Origin: Octopus bimaculoides
Lineage: Eukaryota
NCBI RefSeq assembly: GCF_001194135.2
Contig: NC_068989.1
Span: 8,469,949 to 8,533,948, forward strand
DNA: 64,000 bases
Direction: 5' to 3'
The notes below the pieces were generated by a model. That model did not search any database. It was not told where the DNA came from and saw only the letters and a list, made by a program, of their open reading frames with translations. The translations under genes and the position numbers were made by a program. Each line of letters begins with the position of its first letter. The first letter of the stretch is position 1. Positions 13,490 through 23,758 of this stretch are shown here, one piece after another.

Positions 13490-13880
13490 AGCTGTTTATG
13501 GCTGGCCAAGATCAACCTGCTCAGAGTACGGCCAGCCATCTACGTCTTGCTGGGGTTCGGCGTCTTGATCAGGTCGACCCATGGGGGGGGGGGGCTCCAC
13601 TACATGCAGCATCTACCCCTTCCATAACGATAAACGATAACTTGATAAGCCGATAACGTACATTGCTGTCGCTGACACTGTAAGACAACGTCGGAAGTGA
13701 ACATATATCAAAACTGTAAAATTACACAATGCTGCTCAGCAAGCCCCTGCTGCGTCGACCAGTCATGTCTTGTCACGTGTACACGTAGTCATCTGATAAT
13801 GAGCCTTAAAGACACTTCGGGACACGGTCACAATAGACAGGGATCGCGGAATCGAATCTCCGGCCAGACAATGTGTGTGT
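13490..13880. promoter_or_regulatory. CpG/GC-rich island, candidate promoter or regulatory element
   Basis: Visibly GC- and CpG-enriched against the AT-rich flanks. Contains ETS-type CGGAAGTG (13692-13699) and E-box GTCACGTG (13772-13779). Short motifs alone are weak evidence. Confidence 0.3.
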
Positions 13881-14679
13881 TTATGTGCGATACACCTAAA
13901 CTCTATCTATGGTGAGAGGGGTAAACAAGAGAATAGATTGTAGATAGATTAATAGAAAGAAAGAAATGTGCTGTGGGTTCAGTACGTCTTCTTTTATTAT
14001 ATGAAAGTCTTTCCACACTTTAGCACTTAATATTTGAACGTGAAATGCCTCTTTCTATGCATAATTAGAATATTTTGAAGTTGCAGATATATGCCTAACT
14101 ATGTTATCATAATATTTCATCTCTTCAGAAATATATATTGTTAAGTAAAATTTTTGGACGTTTAATGTGGAGTAAGGGTTAAAATAATTGGAAAATATTG
14201 TACAATATTTGCGCCTGAGAAATGACGTACGCAAATAGAAAAACAAGGAAAGGTACAGTAAATATAGTATAGGATAGTTTAATAAAGAAAGCAAAATATT
14301 TTTCGAAACAATTCTTTGATAATCAAGAATATTTCCATTATATGTAATGGCTTCTGTACGTTTACATACAACACATATGTACGTGCAGGTGTATTCTGTA
14401 TATATGCATGCGTTTGAGCGTCAGTGGGCATGCAGGCGCGCGTGTTTGTGTACATGTACATATCAAATTAAGTTGAATAGCAGCAATTTACTGTGTGTTG
14501 AACGGCCATACCGATACCCTTTGAAGAGCCTTCTTGGTAGGAGTGTAGCGATATTTGGCAAAGATACGCTTTATATATGTGTGTGTGTGTGAGTGTGTGT
14601 GTGTGTGTGCGTATGCGTGTGTGTGTGTGTGTTTGTGAAGAGCTAGCTGAAAACCTGCACATACATACACATTCATATT

Positions 14680-14736
<57 letters not shown>

Positions 14737-15112
14737 GCATATAGTCATGTATGTTCGAGTACATATACGTGTATATGTATATACATACAAATACACACAC
14801 ATATGTGTGTATGTATATATGTATATATGTATATATATATATGTGTATATATATATGTATATACATATGTATATACATATATATGTATATATATATATAT
14901 GTGTATATATATATGTGTGTATATATATGTATATATATATATGCGTATATATGTGTGTATATATATGTGTATATGTACATGTATATATATGTATATGTAT
15001 ATGTATATGTGTATATATATATGTATATATAAATGGAGAGAGAGCGGTAAAGAAGAGAGAAAGAGATAGAGGCATACAGGCAGACAAATAGAAGGCAGAA
15101 AATTTAGTGAGA

Positions 15113-15168
<56 letters not shown>

Positions 15169-15239
15169 CTTCTGTGATATATACATATCGTTAAAATCAG
15201 GAATTTAGTAAATGAAAACTTGGTGTTTCTGTATTAGAG

Positions 15240-15720
15240 ATTAAAGTAGAATGCAAATGAATTCCTGTCGAAAATAAATGCTTTGAAGTCCTCCAAAATC
15301 TTTCAACATTATAGGATTTACATAGAATATAGACGAGCAAACAACTTCCAGCTTGTTTACTTGAAGTTGGGAATGAATTCAATGTTTTTCCTTGCTATCT
15401 AAGCTGTCACTCATCTTATTCTTTGACGATTTCCTTTCTTCACCTCTTTGACCCCCATGTTTTTATCATTATCATTGCAATGAAAATAGCTTTCGGATTT
15501 AATGCGAAATGTTTGCACCAGATATCCTGCATTCTATTTACCTCGTGTCTTTTTATATTTCGGGGAGAAGGAGAAATTTGAAATATTAAGTTGTTCTCTT
15601 GGCATTGCACATGTTTACTTGAAAGATGCCGAACCTGCTTCTTCTCATTTGGATTTCTAAGATGTCTGCAAAATCTGTTCAATATTGATGTGTTCAGTAA
15701 ATATTGCTTCTTGGGTAAAA
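15240..15720 (-). mobile_element. Possible highly degraded Dong/R4 LINE fragment (region upstream of RT)
   Basis: IKRHEVNRMQDIWCKHFALNPKAIFIAM and later NVERFW loosely resemble R4-clade KRY..R..QY.QN..F..N.K.F and E.FW..IW blocks. Many stops. Confidence 0.3.
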
Positions 15721-15895
15721 AGAAAAAAAAGGAAAAGGTGGAGTGGGGAATCACGTTGTGCAATTATTCTAGGATTTTCCACACAGATAATGATGATGAC
15801 GATGATGATGAACAATTGCCAAACATTTCAAACCAATATTATTATTAAGCCAGTGCATCCTAATTTAGTTACTCATCTCCACAAATCTCAAGAAT

Positions 15896-16173
15896 CCTTC
15901 TTCTTCTATTTCTTCTTCTTCTTCTTCTATGAAAACACACAACTTATTTTGTTGGGTATGATGGAAAGTGTCAGCTGTCCACAGCCAGCAGACTAAGGTG
16001 CCACTTCTTTTATTGGTCATGCTTCAAGAACCCTGGGAAGAATTCTTGAAATTCCATGCTATGATGATTTTTGTTGGTGTTCTACCTTCATACTTGGACC
16101 GATCTTTTTCAGCCATGTTGGTGGTTGAGTGCTGATGTTTCCAAGTACATTTCCAAGTACATTGACCAGAACC
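15896..16173 (-). mobile_element. 5'-truncated Dong/R4-clade LINE: ORF C-terminus, 3' UTR and (GAA)n tail
   Basis: Minus strand reads VLVNVLG(NVLG)NISTQPPTWLKKIGPSMKVEHQQKSS*HGISRILPRVLEA*, matching the R4/Dong terminus (GALG.V...L..WL..IG...LQK..LLGTARILR.VL). Stop at 16017-16019, then AATAAA, a short UTR and GAA repeats. Not in the ORF track. Confidence 0.8.
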
Positions 16174-16262
<89 letters not shown>

Positions 16263-16296
16263 GTTGTTGCTGTTATTATTATTATTATTATTATTA

Positions 16297-16373
<77 letters not shown>

Positions 16374-16411
16374 GTTGTTGCTGTTGTTATTATTATTATT
16401 ATTATTATTAT
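16174..16411. repeat. Long (ATT)n microsatellite with a duplicated GTTGTTGCTGTT interruption
   Basis: Direct inspection. Confidence 0.95.
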
Positions 16412-18035
16412 TTCGCCGAATAACAGTTGAACACAGGGCTCAATGTAATTCATTCATCTTCTCCCTGAACTTACTGGCCGTGTTCCAGAATTTGACGTCA
16501 ATCATCATCATCATCATCATCATCAAAATAATCATCTTTATTATTATTTTTATTATCATTACTATTATTGTTGTTGTTGTTAGGGCATCGAACAAAACTG
16601 CCTTGCAACATGTAATTCGGATTTTTACATTCTGAGTTCAGATCTTGTTAAGATGATTTTAAACTTTCTTCCTCCTATGGTCGATAAGATCAGGCAAAGT
16701 AATCGACCATCAAATAAAACTATTGATCATATACCGATGCTACAACCAATTATCATATTGATATTGGTGCTCTTGTTTATTTGTAGTGTTGTTGTTGTTC
16801 TTCTTCTGTAGTTAAAATAGTTCTCATATGAGTGTTGTGGCGTGGCAGATTATTTGGAAAAGCATACTTTCCGGTTTCTCATTCTAGCAATATTCGTTCT
16901 GAGTTAAAAACTCACCGAGGTCGAATTTGTTATTTATCTTTCCCCTATTTATTTTTAAATAAGTACCAGTCAAATACTGGTGTCAATATACCTGACAACT
17001 CCACCGCTTATATTTCTAGTCATGCTCATGTCTTTGAAATCGATATTTTTATTAGTCTTTTTTAGTCGATAATTTGCATTCAGTGTTGTGTTTTGTTTAT
17101 ATTTCTGTGTGGTTTATGTATTCTATGTGTCTTTCTTGGCAATGCCAATATCATAGTACATATAAATATTAATCTTGCTGAAGATTTCCTTTCTATTTTC
17201 TTTTGTCTATCGCTCGACTTACATGTTGCAGCGTGCTTATATAGTATCTCAGTCATTTCTGGAGCGAATTCAAATGAATGTATCGATTAAGAGGAAATGT
17301 TAATGAGGATGTTTGTAAGCTTTTGAATTATTCTCCGCATCAGATTACATGGCCATGCCTGAGAATAGTATGATTTGATCACTTTTAGTGACAGATGTTA
17401 AAGAATATGTGCAATATATACATACCAGTTCATGTCTGACTTACTTTTGCAGAGCATGTATAATATATTCTTCGTCACTTAATATAACTAACCAATGAAG
17501 TTACTATATTTTCGTATTTCTACTTTCACAGATTTCCCCTATTTGTTTTAATATTTCTTGTCATACTCTGCACATTGGCCATATTATATTTCTTAGCTTT
17601 TTAATTATATTTCTTTCACACACACATGTACAGAGGACCTCTTTCAATTTACGTCAAAGTCTAAGGCTTTGGTTCTCCCAAGGCTATTGTAGGAGACACT
17701 CGGCGAAGGTGCCACAACAGTGGGACTGAACAGAAAGGTACCCATATTTGCGTCTTGCGCATTTATAATGAACAACTGAAAATGGATTTTTTTAAAGCCT
17801 CTATTTGATATATTATCGAAACTCGCATTGTTGGAAATGATATGGCGAACACCAAATAGTGCTAAAAGCACACGTTTGTATACAGATACATGTAACATTA
17901 CATTATATATANNNNNNNNNNNNNNNNNNNNNNNNNNNNNNNNNNNNNNNNNNNNNNNNNNNNNNNNNNNNNNNNNNNNNNNNNNNNNNNNNNNNNNNNN
18001 NNNNNNNNNNNNNNTATATATATATATATATTTCT

Positions 18036-18245
18036 TTATTTCCCACAGGGGGCTAAACATAGAGAGGGCAAACAAGGACAGACATAGTGATTAAGTTGAT
18101 TACATCGACCCAGTGCGTATCTGGTGCTTATTTAATCGATCCCGAAAGGAGGAAAAGCAAAGTCGATTTCGGCCCAGTTTGAACTCAGAACATAACGGCA
18201 GACGAAATGTCGCTAAACATTTCGCCCGACATGCTAATAATTCTA
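18036..18245 (-). mobile_element. tRNA-derived SINE family B with 3' tail
   Basis: atcgatcccgaaaggaggaaaagcaaagtcgatttcggcccagtttgaactcagaac...catttcgcccgacatgcta aligns with 53601-53775. The tail matches 44830-44880 in reverse complement. Confidence 0.8.
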
Positions 18246-19978
18246 ACCTTAGCACACAGTCGTCTCTGCATCAATATCTAAATTACTTTAGAATAGAAGA
18301 GTTGGGAAGGTCAAAGAAGTCTAAATTTTGCTTTGCATTATGCAGCTTTAATAAGTTTAAATCTTCCATTACAAAACCATGGAGTGCTTACTGGTTTTAA
18401 TACCAGCATTCAATCATTGTGTGGCAAAATGTGGTGCTATGGATCAAAATTAAGTCAGCGAAGTTTCGAGAAAATTTGAAAAGCGAATTTCAAAATATGT
18501 TAGAAGATAGCGAAAGGTGGAGTGAAGATATTCTCAGAGAAACTGGTAACCAATTGACGAAATTAAATGACATCACGTTCATGTGTTCCGTAAAGCATCC
18601 TTTCAGTAGTTGAGAAAATCATGCAGAGTAAATAGTGTAAGCAACTGGAACTGAAGGATACTCGGGATAAAATAGGTGATTTTTTTCAATAGTTTAAAAG
18701 TAATTATAAGAAAGACCATGGTAGAAATGTTGTCTTACAAAACTTTGACAAGCACGGAACAACTAGAAACCTCGGATTTCCCTTCCCACATAATGAACAA
18801 TAAAGCGCCATGTTTCGAAATAGTTCCGAGCATTTAAATATCTTTGAAGAAGTGATTTATGCACAGTGAGAGATTTTTGTATTTTAAATTAATTGATCAG
18901 TAGAAGTTTTAATTATTTCTTATTCATTCTCTAGGCAGTATTTAGACGATTTGCAATTCAAATCCCTGATTTGGTTTTTAAATCTTTTTTGACAAATTCT
19001 TAGTAAATGCGCTCATAATGACAGTGATTTTAAAAGTGCATATCAGCGAGTTCCATTTTGAATATATTTCATGTTTTTCCTTCTGCAATGTTAAGTCAAG
19101 GACAGAATAAAATTTTATCTATCATGTATAAGAATAAAAATAAACTTTAAAGAATTGAAGGAAAAGCAGGAGTGTTTGAAATAGTATTTGAAAATACAGA
19201 TGAGGATGGAAAAGTAAAATAAGACTTATTTATAGCAGCATCTGCATTCGGTAATGAAAAAAGTGTTTTGTTATTTGTAAAGCATATACTCATTAATTAA
19301 GAAAGATCTATATGTTCAAGTTTAATTTGAATACTTTCTGTCAGACATTCGTTCGGAGATATCAGATTTGAACATATCAGAAGAAAATTAAATTACAAAT
19401 TTTAATAACATATTTCTTACACTCACACGCTTATTTGAAAGTGTCCTCCTTGGCATTTTTACAAAATTCAATCTTAAATTTAATCTTCAAGATAGCTGCT
19501 GGTAATAAACATTGGTATGTTTTATATCCGTACAATTGCTGTTATATTGAATAAAGTGCCAGAAGTTGGAAATAATAAATAACAAACTAATAATAGAATA
19601 AAAATCAAAGAAGAAAACACGAACCAACAATTGCAAGTCTTATAAAATTAAACACCGCAACATATAAAAAAGAAAAAGACAGAAATATTAATTATACTAA
19701 CAAGTAGCCAAATAATTAATTTAAACATAAAATTTCAGTATATGAAGAGAATTCTTTAAAAGTAGTTCCATATTACAATGTGTCTTGTTATGTAACGAAC
19801 AAGTTTCGTATTCATCATATGAAAAGTTATTCAATTTGGCATTCTAAACAGCCAAAGATGTATATTACGGCACGAAATTGCAAAGATTAAATTAATAGTT
19901 TTTATTTATTGCCTGCGTAATGAAAGAGAACAGCTCGACTTATACACTCACATACACACATATACGTATATACGTATA

Positions 19979-20199
19979 CACGAGGGGCTGCTGAGAAGCT
20001 CCTGGCTTTGGATTAAAAAAAATACAGGAGAATCAGTTCATTATGATTTTACTCACCATATTCACCTCTCTGATTGATACACTTATTGTAGCGATCCTTC
20101 AGTTTTTCTAAGCCATGTAAAAGAGCTCGGAAGGTTGGGCCTCCAACCAGGCCTTTCTCAAGACCCGTAAAGCAAGGAACTTTTCAGCACCTCCTCATG
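19979..20199 (-). mobile_element. Mariner-derived MITE, complete, TA-flanked
   Basis: 31-bp TIRs (CACGAGGGGCTGCTGAGAAGCTCCTGGCTTT versus the right end, 25/31 match) with TA on both sides. The interior encodes the mariner transposase C-terminus with one frameshift (KAWLEAQPSELFY / GLEKLKDRYNKCINQRGEYGE*). Confidence 0.85.
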
Positions 20200-20286
20200 T
20201 ATTATATATTCATAAACACATACGGACGCACATACATACAAACTGAATAATGATATACATACATACATACATACATGCATACATAC

Positions 20287-20400
20287 AAAAATACCCAGTT
20301 GTTGATGTTGAAATTCCAATGAAGGAGCTTTAGATCTAGGTTGGAAACCGGTTCTTTCTCTATTGGCAAGAAATCTTGAAATAAACTGAATAATAACATA
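20287..20400 (+). mobile_element. Unclassified short interspersed element embedded in (ACAT)n
   Basis: The 28-bp core GTTGATGTTGAAATTCCAATGAAGGAGC is identical at 57626-57653. Both copies follow (ACAT)n directly. Confidence 0.55.
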
Positions 20401-20775
20401 CATATATACATACATATAACCTGCGTCTTGTAGTGGTGCCGTTTGTCGTGAATTCCTGAGTTTTGAGGAATGTGGAATCACCTCTTAGCCACTAGTATTG
20501 AAAGGTCCACTATGACCCGGAGTGATACCACAGACAGGGTCCCAGCTATGGATTAATTAGCTTAAACCACCAAGAATGAGTGCTCCCTAACTACTGTCAC
20601 AATATTTTTTTAGGAGAGGGACGAGACTATTTGTTGTAAACCTGCACTTTCATCGTTATAAATCCCCACAACACGCACGGAATCCATTGGAATCTTTCTT
20701 ATACCTACTTAACTCTATTTCGATTGCCTTTCTTTTTTCCATTATTCTCGCAACCAAAATTTTCTTTCTCGTACT

Positions 20776-20935
20776 TAGCGGCATTTCATTTGTCCTTACG
20801 TTTTGAGTTCAAATCCTACCGTGGTTGACTTTGCCTTTTATTCTTTCGGGGACGATAAAACAAGTTCTAGTCGTGCACTAGAATCGATGTAATTGATTTA
20901 AACTCCTCCGAAAATTGCTGACTTAAAGCCAAACT
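20776..20935 (+). mobile_element. SINE family B, headless
   Basis: ttagcggcatttc...gagttcaaatcctaccgtggttgactttgccttt...ctttcggggacgataaa matches the family B body. Confidence 0.75.
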
Positions 20936-21792
20936 GTGAAATCATCATCATTATTATTATCATCATCATTATTATTATTATTATTATTATTATTAGCATC
21001 ATCATCATATTTTATTTTGTGTTTCTACGGAGGCGCACCATGAGAATCGTGCGCGTTGTACGAAATTTTCCGTGCAATTTTTTTCGGGTCTTTACGCTTT
21101 CAGAGTTCAAAATACACCGATATAAACTTTACCTTACTTTATTTCTTGTTTGTCACTTCAAATGTTTTGATGTAGTCTTTCTCTTTATTTTATCATACAA
21201 AATAAAATGAAGCACAGCCACGTCATATAATATGCGCGCTGTTTTGAATATCCCATTGAGATATTGAAATACAAAGTGGACACTTCCATTATAAGAAAAT
21301 CACCTTTTCTCCTTATATTAGAATGGATTGAGATTTAACCTAAAAATGGCAAGGTTATTTTTACATTTGAGAATATGTAACTCACCCTCGGCCCTTCGAA
21401 CTTTGTTCGTGCATAAGCCTACACACAACTCACATGTTTGCATGCAATTATACATTCTCGCACGCACACATTAAAACATTTGAGTGCCATATCAGTATAA
21501 AATGTGTGTATCTGTGTGTGTGAGTGTATATAAGTGTATGTGTGTGTGTATTTGGATGTGTGTGTGTAATTGTGTGTGTATGTGTATTTACATACATGTA
21601 TACATAACATATACATATGATATAAAACAACATATAAAATGTTATATATATATATATGCAGAAATATATAGATAAGTTTGTGCATGTATATANNNNNNNN
21701 NNNNNNNNNNNNNNNNNNNNNNNNNNNNNNNNNNNNNNNNNNNNNNNNNNNNNNNNNNNNNNNNNNNNNNNNNNNNNNNNNNNNNNNNNNNN

Positions 21793-21960
21793 CTGGAGCA
21801 CCGCCTTTAGTCAAACGAATCGACCCCAAGACTCATTCTTTGTAAGCCTAGTACTTATTCTATCGGTTTCATTTTGCCGAACTGCTAAGTTACAGGGACG
21901 TAAACACACCAACATCAGTTGTTAAGCGATGAAGGGGGGACAAATACAGATACATAAACA
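21793..21960 (-). mobile_element. SINE family A, 3' half
   Basis: ctggagcaccgcctttagtc...ctttgtaagcctagtacttattctatcgg... is the reverse complement of the family A 3' body. Confidence 0.85.
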
Positions 21961-22257
21961 CATGAAAATCTTGTTTCACGCGCGGTGTCGCTTGTTTACC
22001 GGGGCTAAGCCATTCCTTACGCTGCTTCATATTGATGTACAAGCACCATTTTTCGTTGCCAGAACGATTCGGTAAAGAAATCGTTGCTTATATTCATGAG
22101 TTGAGCGGTGACGAGCAAGCAAACCAGCGGAGATTGTGACTCGTTGATTTATATTGTTGTCACTTAAAGCATGCGGAACCCATGCTCCATAATTCTGAAC
22201 CTTTCCCATCGAGTGAAGATGCTTCTCTATAGCAGTGTGGGAACATTCCATTTTCTC
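21960..22257 (-). mobile_element. Mariner transposase fragment
   Basis: CSHTAIEKHLHSMGKVQNYGAWVPHALS...FLYRIV contains the mariner WVPH(E)L motif. After a frameshift it reads GNEKWCLYINMKQRKEWLSPGKQATP (cf. TGDEKW; the first catalytic D reads as N). Confidence 0.9.
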
Positions 22258-22603
22258 TTATCTTGGGCTGCAATGATAAACCCTTCTGTTTCTGATTTTA
22301 AGCCAGAAGACACTAACCATTGATGGATAAGGGCTTTGTCAACATCGGCATTATTAGCTCTCTTTGAGTATTTCTCATTGAGAGGTTTTTCTTGCCATTT
22401 ATCAGTAAGAATATCCAAGGCAACAGTTTTAGCACGGGTTTTCATACGCTTAGCTTTTTCTGTGCTTGTTTCTTGTACGTCTAATTCTGGGATTTGTTGG
22501 ATTTGGAATTGACTTAGATATTCTTTTGCCTGTTTTGTTTACTGAGTATGATTCTTTATGGGTTTTTTTGACTAAGTATGAGTCTTTCTTGTTTTTATCA
22601 AAG
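22258..22603 (-). mobile_element. Dong/R4-clade LINE fragment (post-RT region)
   Basis: KWQEKPLNEKY...DVDKALIHQWLVSSGLKSETEGFIIAAQD matches the R4/Dong W..KPLHG.Y...WL...L..ETEG...AAQDQ block. Confidence 0.85.
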
Positions 22604-22688
<85 letters not shown>

Positions 22689-23720
22689 GTTTTTATCGAG
22701 ATATATCTACGATGAGTTTATTGCGAATAAAATTTTGATAACTACTACTACTACTGCTACCACCACCACCACCACTTCTGGTGCTGCTGCAGCTACTACC
22801 ACAACTGTTGCAGCAGCTGCGCAAACACTCTAAGAAGGATGTCACGAACCTTATATAAATTATAGCTTGAAATTAGTTACTATGGTGACAACAACAGCAA
22901 CGAAAAGAATAACAAGGAAAAAAAAAAGCTGCAAAAACTTCAGTCACCAGCAAAAACAGAAACCATATGGGAAGCAGTAACCACAGCAACAACAACAACG
23001 ACGCCAGGAAGAACAAAAGCAAAAAGTCATAATTCTAATTATTATTATTGCTGTTGTTGTTGTTGTTGTTATTTTTATTATTAACATCATCATCGCCATT
23101 ACCACCACCACCACCACTACCACTACCACCACAATCACCATCATCACCATTATCATCCTCGCCACCACCACCACCACCATCATTATCGTCGTCGTCACCA
23201 TCGATGTCGCCATCGTCGCCAAGAGTCGTACAGTGACAGAAATAATAAGGTCAATGAATTAGACGTATTTCATATCAAAAACAAAAATCATCATGGCTGA
23301 CAGGAAATGACCTCAGGGCAATGACATGCGCATTAAAGACAATAATCAGTCCATGTTATTGTAGGTGTAACCCCTTCCTTGTTGAGTTGCCTTTGGGTGT
23401 TTTTGTAGCTTTACAAGGAGATTTTGTTAACTAATTGCATGGATAATTTCATTGAACTCAACATATTTGAGATTGGAGTATGTTTACGTCATTCCTCTGT
23501 AGGAGATTTCGTTTCACTCAACATGTGTGTATGTGTGTAAATATGTGTGTGGGGGGTGTAATTGGTTTAATATGAATCCATCAGTGGCACAGAACCATCG
23601 CGTCCAAGGGCCCTGAGACGCTTATTTAATAAAAACGCGTTGGCATTTTATAAGATGGAAAATATTAATTCAATATGTGTAATTTCCTTTTTATCTATTG
23701 GGTCTTTCTGTGTTCGTATA

Positions 23721-23758
<38 letters not shown>

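Noticed and set aside
18407-18545. Open frame KFRENLKSEFQNMLEDSERWSEDILRET with a G|GTAACC donor
   Set aside because: Weak acceptor. The peptide resembles the LINE endonuclease-RT linker (F...L...F...W), so a decayed LINE is more likely; too weak to call either way.
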